Below the pieces are notes generated by a model. It worked only from the letters and a program-made list of their open reading frames with translations, did no database searches and was not told the DNA's origin. This document shows, in pieces, positions 1-15,000 of a DNA stretch of 64,000 bases (position 1 is its first letter; every line of letters starts with the position of its first letter). Origin of the DNA: an uncultured Anaerolineales bacterium (GTDB taxonomy: Bacteria; Planctomycetota; Phycisphaerae; FEN-1346); the NCBI GenBank assembly GCA_964577175.1, contig CAZNYC010000001.1, positions 14,851 to 78,850 of the forward strand, in the 5' to 3' direction. A program made the translations under genes and the position numbers.

Positions 1-1
1 C

Positions 2-3000
2 GACGGCGTCACGGAGTTCGGCGTCTTCATCGATCCCGCCACCGGCCACCTGTACGACGACTCGAACGGCGGGCTCTACGACCTCGAGGGCACCGGCCTC
101 AACCGCATGCTCGGCCAGGCCGGCGACGACCGGCTCTACGGCGGCACGTCGCTCGACTTCCTATACGGCAACGGCGGCGACGACGAACTCTACACGCGCG
201 ACGGTGAACGCTTCGAGGCCGCCTACGACGTCCCCGCCGGCGACGAGTGGAAGGCCTACGCCCAGTCCACCAACAAGGCCTGGTACTACGGCGCCACCGG
301 CGCCGACGACGTCATCGCCGTCGATTTCGTGACCGAACCCGGCCTGCTGAAGGACCATCACCTCATCACCCGCCTCACGAACAACGGCGGCAACTACTCG
401 TTCGACGCCCAGGTCCGTCTCGACTTCAGCGCCGTCGACGACGAGGGCAACTACATCTGGGACCCCGTCGACACCCTGACCGACATCGAGCGCATCCGCG
501 CCCAGGACCCCGACGAGCGCGCCGCCGGCGACCCGTACCGCGACATCCTGCTGACCGACGGCCTGCTGCCCCCGGAGGGCGATTTCCTCGCCATCATCAT
601 CGATTGCCTCGAGGGCAACGACCAGGTCACCGTCGGCCCGACCGTCCAGAAGACCGTCTGGACGGACGGCGGCCCCGGCGACGACCGCATCGAGTACCTG
701 GCCGGCAACGCCATCCTCGTCGACCGGACCGAGAGCCCGCGGAACGAGGTCGTCGGCGACCCGGCCGACGTCTCGCGGGCCTGGGCCCTGCCCGGCCCGG
801 CGGCCGTGCTCCTCGACTCGCCCGACCTCGTCCTGGACGACTCGGCCCTGTTCACGCTGAGCGCCGGCGGCGGCGAACCCGTCGAGGTCATCCTCGCCGC
901 CGCCGCCACCACGGACAACACGACCCCGGACGACCTCGTCGCCGACCTCGCTGCCGCGCTCGACGGCGCGGGCCTGACGGGCGTCGTCACGGCCGTGAAC
1001 ATGAACGGGCAGGTGGCCCTGCGGACGACGGCGGCCGGCCCGGACGCGGCGCTCGAGGTCCATTCCGCGAACAGCGTGGCCCGCACGGCCCTCGGCCTGG
1101 AGCAGGGGCAGGTCTCCGGCGGCATCACCATCGCCGGCAGCGCCGCCTTCACGGGCCTGACCGTCGACAACCCGGACGACGTGGACTGGTACACGTTCAC
1201 GATGGCGGACTACGGCTCGCCGGCCACGATCGCGCTCGAAAGCGCCTCCTCGGCCGACGAACTGGTGGCGCGGCTGTACCGGCTGGCCTCCGACGACACG
1301 CTCGTCCAGGTGGCCACGAACGAGGGCGTGCCGCTGCCCATCACCCCGGACGCCACCGAGGGCGTCCTCGTGGCGCCGAACGCCCTCTCCACGTTCCGGT
1401 TCACCGAGGACGTGACGTTCTCGCTCATCCTCGACGGCGACGAGGCGGACCCCCTCGAGGTCGCCGTTCCGCTCGCCCAGACCTCCGACAACCTGAACCT
1501 GGCGTACCTGGTGGCCGACCTGAACACGGCCCTGGCGGGCGTGCCCCGCGGCGAGGGCGTCGTGGCCGGCCAGTGGGAAGGCCGCATCACCTTCGCCCCG
1601 GCGGAGGGCTCCGGCATCTCGGACCTGGCCATCCGGGACGCCGCCCAACTCGGCTTCCCGCCCGTCAAGGCCCCCGGCGACGTGCCCAACGCCTGGCCGC
1701 TCGACCCCATCGAGAACCTCGACCGCGTCCGGGGCCTGACGGTCCACGACGCCGCCGACGCCGACTGGTTCCGGTTCACCCTGGCGGGCGACTCCGCCGG
1801 CAAGGCCGGCACGCTGACGCTGGAGCAGACGGCCGGCAGCGGGAACCTGCGGCTGGACCTGTACGACGCCGGCGGTGTCCCGCTCCTCGGCCGGCGGGTC
1901 GACCCGGCGGAAGGCACCGCCGTCCTCAACACCCGCGAGGTGGGCGGCCTCGCGGCCGGCACGTATTACCTCCGCGTCACCCACCACGACCCGGCCACCA
2001 ACGACCTGCCCACGCAGTACGACCTGGTTACGGCCATGCCCGGCGACGGCATGACGCAGTACGACCTTTCCGGCAAGGGGACGGCCGCACTCACCTTCAC
2101 GCCCGACCCGGACGAGGTGTACTACCTCCAGATCACCACGCCGAACCATCTGCCGACCGTCTACGACCTGGCCATCGACGCCGGCGACGGCGCGGAGGCG
2201 GCCGAGGTCGATCTGGCCACCCGCTCCGACCACGTCCGCCGCGACGTCCTGATCGGCGGCGAGGGGCACGACGTCCTCCGCGGCGGCCCGGCCGAGGACT
2301 GGATCTTCGGCGGGCCCGGCAACGACGTCCTGACCGGCGGCCTGGACTACCAGGAAAGCGACCTCCTCTTCGGCGGCGAGGGCGACGATACCTTCCAAAT
2401 CATCCCCACGCCCCTCGGCCCCACGCCCGACGCCGGACCCGAGACCCGCGTCGACCGCTTCGACGGGGGCGAGGGCACCGACCGCGTCCTCTACCTGGGC
2501 GGCGACACCGACCGCCTCGGCCGGCCCGTGCCGGACCACGTCGCCATCCGCTGGAACCGCTTCATCTACCGCTACGAGTTCGTGGCCCTGCAATGGGATA
2601 CGGCCAACCAGACGTTCGTGGTCGATCCGAACAAGAAGGTCCGGGCGAAGGTCGTCGCCGGCGACGCCGCGCCGGAGGACGGCGTGCTCTCCGGCGACGC
2701 CGTCTTCAGCCTCCAACTCGGCGGCACCGAGTACGGGCCGATTACCGTATCGGCCGACGCCACGGACGGCGGCGACGGCACGCCCGCCAACGAGACCCTC
2801 CAGGACCTGGTCGACGACCTCGACGCCGCCATCCTCGCCGCCGGCCTCAGCGAGCACTTCCTGGCCGGCAACGAGGGCGTCCTGCTGACCCTGGCCTCGG
2901 TCGGCCACGGCGAGGACCTGACGGTCGTCTCGCCCAACGCCGTGGCGGAGGAGGAACTGTACTTCGCCGACGGCGTCACCGCCCCGGGCACCGTGGCGGC

Positions 3001-6000
3001 CTACCTCCAGAACTACTCGTTCTACCAGGCCATCGACGTCGAGCGGACCGTCATCGACACCCAGGCCGGCGACGACGAGGTCCGCGGCGACCCCGAGTAC
3101 AAGTTCCCCCTGGCCGACGACTCCGGCGTCATCGACGAGGAGTGGGGCATCAAGGCCGGCCATTACCAGGAGGGCGCCTACATCGGCGCCCTGGAGATCT
3201 ACGGCGGCGAGGGCAACGACCGACTCTTCGGCGGCTACCTGGCCGACACCATCGACGGCGGGCCCGGCACCGACTACATCGCCGGCTCCATGGGCGACGA
3301 CCACCTGACCGGCGGCCCGGGGGCCGACCTGATCGTCGGCGACGGCGGCGTCGAGCCCGACCGGTTCGAGTTCGTCACGCGCGCCGGCGAGGACGGCACG
3401 AACACCAGCCCCATCTTTGCCGCACTCCTGGAGGGCCTCGGCTCCGACACGATCCTCTCGAACCTCTCGTTCAGCCTGGCGGACCGCGGCGACTGGTACG
3501 TCATCCCGACGCCGACGGCCAAGCAGGCGTTCGGCACCGCCGACGCCGCCCACGTCACCGTCGAGGAGGTGTTGAAGGGCCTGGCGTTCGACGACGACCT
3601 GGACATGGACCTGTTCGAAGGCCGCCTCCTGCCCGAGGCGAGCGGCTCGGAGTGGGACGGCCCGGGCGCCTACCTCTTTGCCGCCGAGGTCGACGACCCG
3701 GACGCCGAACTCTCGCTCATCCCGTCCGAGCAGTTCGCCGGCGTGCCGGACTACTACATGCTGCACATCGTGAACCCGCGGAGTTTCGGCGTCAAGGCCG
3801 TCGATGCGCCGGATACCGAGGGCATCGACCCCGTCACGCCGGAGAACGTAACCCTGTGGCTGGAGATCGACGGCGAGGCGACGGCCCCGTTCACCATCAC
3901 GGTCCACAATGCCGAGAGCGCCTCGAGCCTCATCACGCGCAACGAGCCCGGCGACGACCCGAACCTGAACGAGGTGCTCGCCGGCGCGGGCCTGGCCGAC
4001 CGCGCCATCGCCTGGTACGACCCGCGGTCGCCGGACCGCATCGTGCTGTCGCTGCGGCGGGACGGGTGGGCGAAGGTCCGCTTCGCCGATCCGTCGCAGG
4101 CGCGGCTGCTGGGATTCGAGGACGGCCAGGACAACCTCGGCCCGGTGGAGGCGCTGGGCACGTACTCGCTGACGCTGCCGCCGGAACTCGGCGACGTGAC
4201 CGACGTGGGCCCGGAGGCGGCCGACCAGGTCGTCTCGCCCGCCCAGCCGACCGACGTGCCGCGCCTCATCCCGCTCGGCGATCTCAACGGCGACGGCTCC
4301 GCAGACTTCGTGACGACGGCCCGCGACACGGTCGGTCCCTGGTCGCTCATCTCGGAGACGCCCGCGGGCGTCCATCCGCAGGAGATGGTCGGCCCGAGTT
4401 ACGCCACGATTTATCTCTCCGACCCGCTGCTGGACGAGGTCTCGGCCGAGGACGGCCGGTTCGTCACGCTCGAACTGCCGGCCCCGGCGGAGCGGAACTC
4501 GCTGTACATCCTCTCGGCGTTCGCCGGCCCGGCCGACTACAACGGCGACGGGTACGACGATCTCGCCGTCGGCGTCACGTCGCAGACGCTCGCGCTCGAC
4601 ACGTACACGAAGCAGGGCGTATATATCGTGTTCGGCCACGGCGGCGAGTGGGACGAGCCGATCGACATCCTGCACGAGGCCGACGCCATCCTGACGGGCT
4701 TCGAAAACCTCATGGACGTGGCCGCCGCCGGCGACGTCAACGGCGACGGGTACGACGACCTCCTGGCCTCCGACAACGGCGCCCCCGTGGGGGCGGAGCG
4801 CGGCCGCACGCTCCTGTTCTACGGCGGCCCGAACGCCTTCGCCGGCAGCGGCGTCCTGTACCGGGCGGAGTTCTCGCCCCGGAACGCGGGCGGCTTCACC
4901 ATCGACAACCGGATCGGGGCGGACGAGGACGGCCTCTGGCACCTCTCCACCGGCCGCGGCGCCGACCCGTATCACTCCGCCGACACGAGTTTCTACTTCG
5001 GCACCGGCGAAGACGAGGCGGGCGGCGGCCACTACGACGTGGGCGACACCGCCGGACGCATCACCTCGCCCCTCGTCACCCTCGACCACGCCGTGACGAA
5101 CCTGGAACTCTCGTTCACCTATTTCCTGGAAACCGAGCGCGCCGGCACGGGGCCCCTGGGCTGGGACGACGCCACCGTCGGCGTCAGCGTCAACGGCAAC
5201 GCTTTCGCGCAAGTCGTCTCGAACGACGACGCCCTCGTCGAATGCCAGGGCGACGAGGCCTGGTGGCACCGCGCGACGGTGGACCTCGGTGCCCTCGCGA
5301 AGGGCGACACCGTCCAGGTCCGGTTCCAGTTCGATACCGGCGACTACATCAGCAACGACCACGAGGGCTGGTACGTCGACGACGTGATGCTGCGGGCCAC
5401 GCTGGACGCCGAGGCGCTGGCCGATGCGGCCCTGTACGGCGAGTACGACCTGGAGTTCAACGGCCGCGTCCTCGCCGGCGTCGGCGACGTGAACAAAGAC
5501 GGCTACGACGATTTCGCCGTCGGCAACACCGGCGTGGAACCCGACCACGCGGCCCAGGTGTACCTGGTGCTCGGCCGGGCCGGCGCGATGCCCACGGGCG
5601 GCATCGCCGGCATCGCCGCGGAGCGGTTCGATTTCCCGTACATGTGGCCGATGATGGCCATCCGCCCGACCGGGCACGTCGAGGGCACGACCGGCGATGA
5701 CTTCGCCGTCTTCCTCAGCCACCCGAGCGGCCGGTACACGTATGTCGTGTACTACACCGGCAGCGTGTTCGACATGTTCAACGTTTCGGGCGAACTCATC
5801 CCCGTCGGCGACGTCAACGCCGATGGCCTGGCGGACATCGCCGCCGCCGGTGTCGAGACCACCCAGACCCTGGAAGAGGACGGCTCGCGCGTCGACCACC
5901 AGGTGTTCCAGGTGTTCCTGAACGAGTCGCACACCTCGTGGACGGACCCGGGTGCGTTCGACGTGCCGGACCTCGTCTTCGAGAGCGCCCGCCCGCTGTA

Positions 6001-9000
6001 TGCCGAGAGCGGCTCGCTCCAGTTGCTGACGGGCCTCTTCGCCGGCGTCGGCGACGTCAACGGCGACATCGTGGCCGACGTCGCCCTCGGCGACAGCCTG
6101 GGCGGCAACGTGCGCGTGTACTTCGGACGGGAACTCCTCGACACGGAGTCCGAGGCGACGGCGGCCGAGGACCCCGACCTCTTCCGCCTGCCGCTCGCCA
6201 AGCCCTGGCTGCCGGAACCCGAAGGGCGGCAGGGGCTCGACCTGAACGAGCCCGCCCCGCCGGACATCCGCGACGCCTGGCGCGTAGAAGGCGACGCCCG
6301 CGAAGACCACCTGTCCGGCAGCGGCTCCGTCGGCGACTTCAACCGCGACGGCTACGACGACCTGCTCGTCTGGGACGACGAGGCCGCCCACGTCCTGCTC
6401 GGACCGGTCAAGTTCGACAGGGCGGAAGCGATCGACCCGCGCGGCGAAATCCACGTCGACCTCGCCGGCAAGGCACGCTTCGGCATGGCCGCCGGTTTCG
6501 GCGACGTCGACGGCGACGGGTTCGACGACCTCCTCTTCGTCCATCTCGAGGAGGACCACCTGGGACCCGGCGGCGACGTGTGGTTCGTCTCGGCCATCTG
6601 GGGCAACGCCGACCCGGCCCGAACGCTGTCGGCCGCCGACGCCGAACCCCTGATCCAACTCTACGCGGACGACTACGCCACGGGCGAAACCCCGCAACTG
6701 CTGCTGCTGAACTGGGACGGCGACGAGCGGACCGACGTGTACGTCCACTTCCGCCATCCCGGCACGGGCGACATCCCCTACCACGGCGTTCTGTACGGCG
6801 GGGCCAGCCTGACGCGCGGCGGCGGCCCGGCCTCGACGGCCGACCGGTACTTCGACGTGGGGGACGGCTCGGACGACGAGGAGGCGCTCGGCGCCCACCT
6901 CTTCGGCGAGGATTGGGACGAGGCGTACGAACTCTCGGAACTGACCGGCCCGTTGACGGCCCTGGCCACCGATATCACCGGCGACGGGCTGGACGACCTT
7001 CTCTTCGCCCGGCAGGACGCGTTCAGCGTCGAGGAGATCGGCCAAGGGCCTCTGCCGAACGTCGGCCGCGTCTACAGCCTCTCCCCCGGAGCGGTGAATC
7101 CGAAAGACCGCCTGGTGACCGTCGGCGACGAGGCCATGGGCTTTCCGACGGCCGGCGTCATCGCGGAGGACCTGGCGTTTGCGGCGGGGATTTTCGACAT
7201 CGGCGACGCGAACCGCGACGGCAAACAGGACGTGGCCGTCACCCGCCCCTTCGAGAAGGCCGACGAGGCCGAGGGCAGCGTCCTGGTCTACTACGGCAGT
7301 GCGTGGTGGCCGGGACCCCTCAGCGCCGCCGACGCCGCCGTCACCCTCCGCCGCGTCGAGGCGGACGTCCTGCCCGCCGATACGTACATCGAAGGCCCGA
7401 TTGACGTGACGGCCGGCGACTTCGACGGCAACCGCGTGCCGGACCTGGCCGTCAGCCAGCCCGCGTGGCAACTGACCGACGGCGTCAGCATCTTCGACCA
7501 GGATTCACGGGGCGTCGTGCACGTGGTGTGGAACGTGGCGGACCTCGCGACCCATGCGGGCGGGGACCTCGTCCTCGTCGACGGCCCCGTGGACCTCGAC
7601 GGCGACGAACTCCAGGACCTCCTGGCCCTGGAGGGCCAGACCGAGGGCGACCGGTTCGGCACCCTCCCGCTCACCATCCACCTGAACCTCGACCACGACC
7701 GGTACGACGACCTGGTCGTCGGAGCGCCGCTCTCCGACGCCATCGGCCAGACCGTCAAGGAGGAGGCCGGCAAGGTCTACGCCGTCTACGGGTCGCCCCG
7801 GCGGCGGTCGCTGCCCGACGGCTGGACCGAAATCACGAACAAGTCGTTCACGGGCCTGGGGGACCGCCTGGTCAACCCCGCCACCGGCCGGCCGGACACC
7901 TACACCGACCAGGACAACGACGGCGACGGCACGCCCGATACGAACGATTTCACCGTCCCGCCGCCCGGCGCCGGCCGGGACACCGAGGCCTGGTTCCGCT
8001 TCACGACGGCCGGCGACGGCAAGGCAGGCGATACGATCCGACTGCTGCCGACGGCCTACGACGAACTCGAGGTCCTGCTGAACGGCCCGGCCGGTCACCT
8101 CGACCTCGGCACCGGCGAGGTGGTGGATTCCGCATCCACCATCGAGGTGGGCGGCGCCCCCGACCGCCTCGGCATCTTCGAGTTCAACCTGTCGGAACTC
8201 CTCGAGCAACTCGGCAACCCGGACGGCATCGAGAAGGCCGAACTGACCCTCCACGCCAGGATCGATCCTCACCTGCCGTTCACAAAGCCGGGCGCCTACG
8301 CCGAGGCGGGCGGCCTGGTCTACTTCCTGGGCGCCGACCCGGTCCAGGGAGGCCACCGCCTGTGCGTCACCGACGGCACGCTCCAGAACACCGAGGCCGT
8401 CGCCCGCGTCTACGCGATGGCCCCGTACCAGATGGTCTCGGCCGGCGGCGATATCTTCTTCTACGCCTCCGATAACGAGTGGGGCCCCCAACTGTGGGTG
8501 AGCGACGGCACGGACAAGGGCACCCGGCGGCTCACGCAACTCGGGTGGCCGGGCGACGGCACCCTCATCAGCCACCTCACCGCCTGGAACGGCGACGTCT
8601 ACTTCGAGGCCATCGACGAAGACGGCCCCCAACTCTACCGCACCGAACACCTGGGCGGCGGCGAGTTCGACCTCGTCCGCCTGACCGACGAGGCAGGCGG
8701 CTTCAACGTCACCAAACTCGTGCCGGGGGCGAATCGGCTCCTCGTCAGCCGCCTCAAGGACGGCGGCGAGGTGAACGTATACGGCCTGTACGCAACCGAC
8801 GGCCGCCCGGTCACGGACCTCGGCGAATTCGAACTCGACGGGGGCAGCCAGTTCCTCCAGTATACGGGCGAACGGGACGGGTGGACCTACTTCGGCAGCG
8901 AAAACTGGGGAGGCACCGAAGAACTGTGGCGGACCGACGGCCTCAACGCCAAGTTCGTCGCCGACATCCCCGTTGCGGACGCCAACACGCGGCTCAAGGG

Positions 9001-12000
9001 CTTTTCGCCGCTCGGCGACTGGATGTACTTCATCGCGGGCGAGAACGCCCTCTGGCGCACCGACGGAACCGGCGCCAACACCAGCCACAAACTCGATTTC
9101 TTCTCCCTCTACGAGCCGGGCGTCAACCAGGCCGACGCCGTCGCCGCCGACGGCCGCGCGTTCATCGTGGCCCGGGGCGAGGCCCCCACCGGCCGGAAGT
9201 TCCGTATCTACCGGCTGAATCCCTCGGGCGAATGCGTCCCGGTGCGGGAGTTCGGCGCCGGCAGTTGGTCGCTCCGCAGACTGGAAGCGTTCGGCGACAA
9301 GGCCGTCTTCCAACTCGACGCCGCCCAGCCGCCCCAGACCGCCCTGTGGATCAGCGACGGCACGGAGCGCGGCACGCGGGTCCACCACGGGTCCCTGGAC
9401 CCGGGCAACAACCTCACCGACTGGGCCGTCATCGACGACGCCATCTACTTCGACGAGGATTCGCCCATCGACGAGACGGTCACCCTGTGGGTCAGCGACG
9501 GCACCAAACCACGGTCCATCACCCACGCGGGCACCCGGACGGCCCCGGCCACGTTCGACCTGCTCGACGAAGAGGGCGACATGGCGGTCACGCTCCGCGA
9601 CGGCGTGGTCCCGGCCGCCTTCGCCGCCACGGCGGACTTCACCACGTCGTCGGCCAAGCAGACGGTCGAGATCGACCTGACGGACTTCGTCAAGTCCGCC
9701 CTCGAGGAAGGCTACCGCCGCGCCACCCTGCGGATGACGTCCGACCCGTCGCTCGCCTGGGAAATCGACATCCCGACCGGCGACATCCCCGTGCCGACGG
9801 GCCTGGAGATCACGCGGGCGCACGGTGTGCTCGCCGACGTCCTCGACGGCAACGGGGGCGTCCTGTACCAGGGACTCGGGGCGATCGACATGCGGTGGCT
9901 CGACGCCGGCACGTACTATCTGCGGGTCTACAATCCCCATGCATGGGCCCAGACCGAGCCGGTCCGGTTCGCCATCGACTTCATGGCCCCGTTCCAGGGG
10001 CAGGCCCACGAGGCCACCGACATGGACCGCATCGAGGGCGACGACGGCGACGATATCCTCGTGGGCGGGGCCCATCTCGACCGCCTCTTCGGCGAAAGCG
10101 GCGAGGACGCCTTCCTGACCGAGGCCGTCGAGGTTCGCGACCTGGCCCCCTACGAGTTCACCCGCGCCCCGGACGCCGAGGACCGGCTCGTCTCGGACAA
10201 ACCGTCCATCATCGACCCCGCGGTGAACGACGTCTTCACGGACGTGCCGGTCATCCAGGCCGTGGCCGAGGCGCTCGACATCCCGCTCATCTCCGGCCTC
10301 TTCGCCGTGCCGCGCTTCGCCATTCCGGTCTACGCCAGCGAGATGAACACGCTGGTGCGCCTGGACCTGTCTTACACCTCGCTGATGGACCTGAGCGGCC
10401 TGGAGTACGCGACGAACCTGATGACGCTCGACCTCTCGGACACCACGGCCGCCGGCATGCTGCATGACATCGAACCCCGTGCCGCCGAGGCCGACATGCC
10501 CGACGCGGGCTTGCAGGTGGGCCTGGCGCGGCTGCGGTACCTCTCGCTGGACGGGACGGGGGTGGCGGCGGCCGACCTCGAATCCCTGGAACTGATCGTC
10601 ACCCTCCGGACGCTCTCCGCCTCCGGCAACCAGATCGAGACCACCGACGCGCTCGAAGACCTGTACCAGATGCGGTGGCTCGACCTCTCGGACAACCGCC
10701 TCGAGTCCCTCGACTCGCTCGCGCGCATGCCGGACCTGGAGTACGCGCTGCTTGAGAACAACTACCTTCTGGACGTCGGGCCGCTGGTCTACGGAGCGAT
10801 CATCGACGACGGCGACTGGGACACCGGCTACGGCGAGTATATCGGCGACGGCTCCGACTACCGCTGGTTCCACACCGTGTACCCGGTGGCGACGGCGTTC
10901 CGCGGCGACTACCACTTCCTGCCGTCCGACGCGCAGTGGCCAGACGAGGACCTCGTCGCCCGCTACGAGTTCACCGGCCTGCCGCACGACGACTACGAGG
11001 TCCTGGCCACCTGGCACGCCCACCAGGGGCAGTCGTCCACCGTCACGTATACGATCCCCGGCCCGGACGAGGCCGTCGACGTGGTCGTGAACCAGAAGTT
11101 CGACCCGTCCGGCCCGGCGTGGGGCGGCCGGCCGTGGCAGAGCCTCGGCGTCTTCCAGCCCCTGGCCGACGAGACGCTCCCCGTAACCCTCCGGCACGAG
11201 GGAAGCGACGGCACGGTCGTCGCCGACGCCGTGATGCTCCTCTCCACCGAGGGCCCGGTCCAGAACCTGAGGCTGCTGAACCTGCTCGGCAACGGCCTGG
11301 ACACCGACAGCCACGACATCTACCTGCCCCTGCTCGGCGACCGCGTCACCAACGAGGATTACGAACTGCTGGTCGAGCCGAACGCGGCCTCGCCCGTGTG
11401 GGACCAGGCCATCGATCCGCAGCACCTGCCGTTCAACCCCGTCCTGTATGGGACCGGCACGATCGAGGGGCTCGAGGCGTACCTTTCCGACCCGGCCGGC
11501 TGGGACATGCTCGTCGGCATGGGCGGCTCGCCGGAGGTCCTTCGCTACGCCGGACCGTACGACGCCGAGCCCGGCGCCTTCCTCGGCCGTCTGGGCTCCA
11601 CCAAGGCGCCCTGGCAGGAGGGCACGCACCAGGTCGCCGCCGGCGTCTACGACGCGTACGGGTTCCTGCTGGTCGTCGACCACGGCACGGACCGGCTCGT
11701 CCGGCTCGACCCGGTCACCGGCAAGATTCTCCAGACGGCGAACCTGACCGGCATGGGCGGCCTGCACGGGCCCACGGACATCACCACCTACGGCAACAAG
11801 GCGTACCTGGCGGATCCGCTCTCGCGGACCCTCCTCGCGTTCGAGGTCACGGCCGCGTCCTTCTCCGGGCCGACGCCGGTAACCGCCCTGCCCGGCACGC
11901 CGTACACCTACCGCATCGCTTACCTCCCCGGCGACCCGACCGACGGCATCCTCGTGGGATTCCAGACCGACGACCACACCGACTGGGTCCGGCGCTACGA

Positions 12001-15000
12001 CCTGGACACCGGCGCCGCCTGGACGGTCATCGACACCGACGACCTCCACTGGGACGACCTCTGCGACATCGCCGTGGCCGATGACGGCACCATCTACGCG
12101 CTCACGTGGGATTTCGTGGGCGGCAGCCACCCGATCGAACTGAACGTCCTGGCGTTCGCGTCCAACGGCGACCCCCTGAATGCTGGAAATCCGCTGGTCA
12201 CCGACACCCTGCCCACCGGGGCCCAGGACGCCACCATGGAACTTGGTCCGGACGGGCGGCTGTACGTGACGAATCCGCCCGAGGCCGCCGTCTGCGTCTA
12301 CAACCTCGACACGGGCGCGCGCGAGGAAACGCTCGTCTCCGGCGCGGGGGCGCTCCTGGCGCCGAGTTTCGTCACCTTCCGCCCGCCCACGTATTCGTAC
12401 GAGGTCGTGACCGACACCGGCGGCGCCGGGGGCGGCGCCGGGGCCCAGTTGGTCGACGGCGACGTGCGCGACGTCTTCACCTTCGAAACGGCGCCGGGGT
12501 ATCAGGGCACGGCCCAGATGACCGTCATCGCGCGCGACGCGATGCGCCGGCCGGGGCTGGGGCGCAACCTGCCCAAGCGAGGCCGCGACGCCGAAATCAC
12601 CTTCAACCTCCACGCCGGCACGGGCGGCATCTACGGCACCAAGTTCGACGACCTCGACGGCGACGCCGAGCGCGATGTCGGCGAACCCGGCCTCGAAAAC
12701 TGGGTCATCTTCCTGGACCTCAACGCCGACGGCGACCGGGATAGCGGCGAGCCGTGGACCCTGACGGATGCGAACGGCGACTACGCGCTGGTGGACCTGG
12801 ACTTCGGCCATTACGTCGTGGCCGAGACGCCCCAGGACCACGCCGGCCAGACCTTCCCCGAGCCCGGCCAGGCGGTCGGCGAGACCGTCCTGCTCGACAC
12901 CGATTTCGAGGAGGGCGAGGACGGCTTCACGATCGAGAACGTCGGCGGCGGCGCACCCGGCCTGTGGCACCGCTCCGACTACCACGGCGGTGAAGCCGGG
13001 CACGGCGGCGACTGGTGCTTCTATTTCGGGCGCGAACCCGAGCACGACTACGACACCGGCACCCCCGCCGGCCGCATCATTACCCCCGAAATCAGCCTCG
13101 CCGGCGTTACCGACGCCGCCCTCTCGTTCAATTACTACCTGGACGTCGAATACAGCCGCAGTTACGACTGGGCCGACGTCTACGTCTCGACCAGCGGCTT
13201 CGCCTGGACGAAGGTGGCGTCGCGCTACGGCGAGACGGACCCCGACCTTGAATGGATCATCGACCGCGAGGAGGTCTCCTCCTGGCACAGCCTCACCGTC
13301 GACCTGGACGACTGGCTCGGCGAAGAGATCGTCATCAAGTTCGAGTTCCGCACCTTCAGCCCGCAGTACAACGACCACGAAGGCTGGCTTGTCGACGACG
13401 TGACGGTCACCGCCGACCTTGCCGCTGCGGGCGTCCACGCCGTTCTTGTCGACGACGACGAGCCGGTCGCCGACGACCGCGACTTCGGCAATCAGCAAAT
13501 CGTCGACGCCGGTCCCGACCGGCAGGTGGACGAGGGCGACGTTGTGGAACTCGACGCCTGGGTGGCGGACCTGGAAGTCGCCTATCTCCTGGAGGACATC
13601 AACGGCGCCGGCAGTTCGGGGCCCCTGTGGTTCACCGAATACGCGGGCGACCTCTACTTCGCCGCCACCGGCAGCCAGGGACGCGAGTTGTACGTCTGGG
13701 ACGACAACGCCGTCCAGATGGTCGCCGACATCCGGCCCGGCGCCCTGTCGTCGTCTCCTTCGGAATTGACCGTCTACGACGGCGCCCTCTACTTCGCCGC
13801 CGACGACGGATCGACCGGCACCGAACTGTACCGGTACACGCCCAAAGACGGCGTCCAGTTGGCCGCCGACATCGCGCCCTCCGGCAGTTCGACCCCGGCG
13901 AACCTGTTCGTCTGGGACGGCAACCTGTACTTCTCCGCGTACGAGACCGCCGCAGTCGGCCGGGAACTGTACGTCCTCAGCGACAAAGGTGCCCACCTCG
14001 CGGCGGACGTCAATCCGGAGGGCAGCAGCGACCCCGGCGAATTCGCAGCCTACGGCGGACATCTCTATTTCGCCGCCACCACCAGGGGGACCGGGCGCGA
14101 ACTCTACGCCTACGACGGGAACCGCGTTCAGCCGGCGGCCGATATCCGGCCCGGCACGCCTTCCTCCGAACCCACCGACCTCATTGCCTTCAACGGCTAC
14201 CTGTTCTTTGCCGCCACCCATCCCGATGCCGGCCGCGAACTGCTCGTCTGGGACGGTTCGGAGGTCGCGGTGGCCCTGGACCTGGCTCCCGGCGCCGTCG
14301 GGTTCCCGGCCGTCCCACGCAGTTCCTCGCCGCAATACATGACCTACCATAAGGGCGGGCTGTACATGGCCGCCACCAACAGCCAGGGCGACCGCGAACT
14401 CGTCGCCTGGGACGGCAGCAGCAAGGTCTCCTGGATCGACGTCAACGACGACGGCTCCTCGCATCCCTACGACCTCGTCGTGTTCGACAACCGCGTCTAC
14501 TTCACCGCGAGCGACGACATCCACGGCCAGGAACTGTTCCGCCTCGAAGGCCTGAAGGCCGTCCTCGCCGCCGACATCCGCGAGGGGGCCTCCTCCAGCC
14601 CCGCCGCCATGACACCCTACAACGGGAAACTCTTCTTCCAGGCCGTCGATACCGGCGTCGGCGACGAACTGTTCTGCTTCGATCTCGATCCCGGCCTGGC
14701 TTACCACTGGCTGGTCACCGGCGGACCCTATACGAATCCCACGAGTTACGACGAGGCCCACTTCGAGTTCACGCCCATCGACGCCGACATCTACCTCGCC
14801 ACCCTGACCGTGACCGTCGAGGGCACCGGCGACACCTACCAGGACCGGTGCCGGGTCTTCGCCGACGACGTCCTGCCGACCGTCGAGGCCGGCCCGGACG
14901 CCGCCGTCGGCGAGGGCGAGACCTTCGAACGGTCCCTCACCATCGACGACCCCGGCTGGGACGACTGGACCGTCACGGTCTCCTGGGGCGACGGCGCCGA

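Noticed and set aside
247-5700. 1,817-aa plus-strand ORF in an alternative frame of the giant gene
   Set aside because: It is an extreme Arg/Pro/Gly-rich translation that overlaps the bona fide frame completely.
161-7471. 2,436-aa minus-strand ORF antisense to the giant gene
   Set aside because: The translation is Arg/Gly/Ala/Val-rich and low-complexity, with no recognisable motifs. It is the mirror frame of a clearly coding plus-strand gene in ~70% GC DNA where stop codons are rare.
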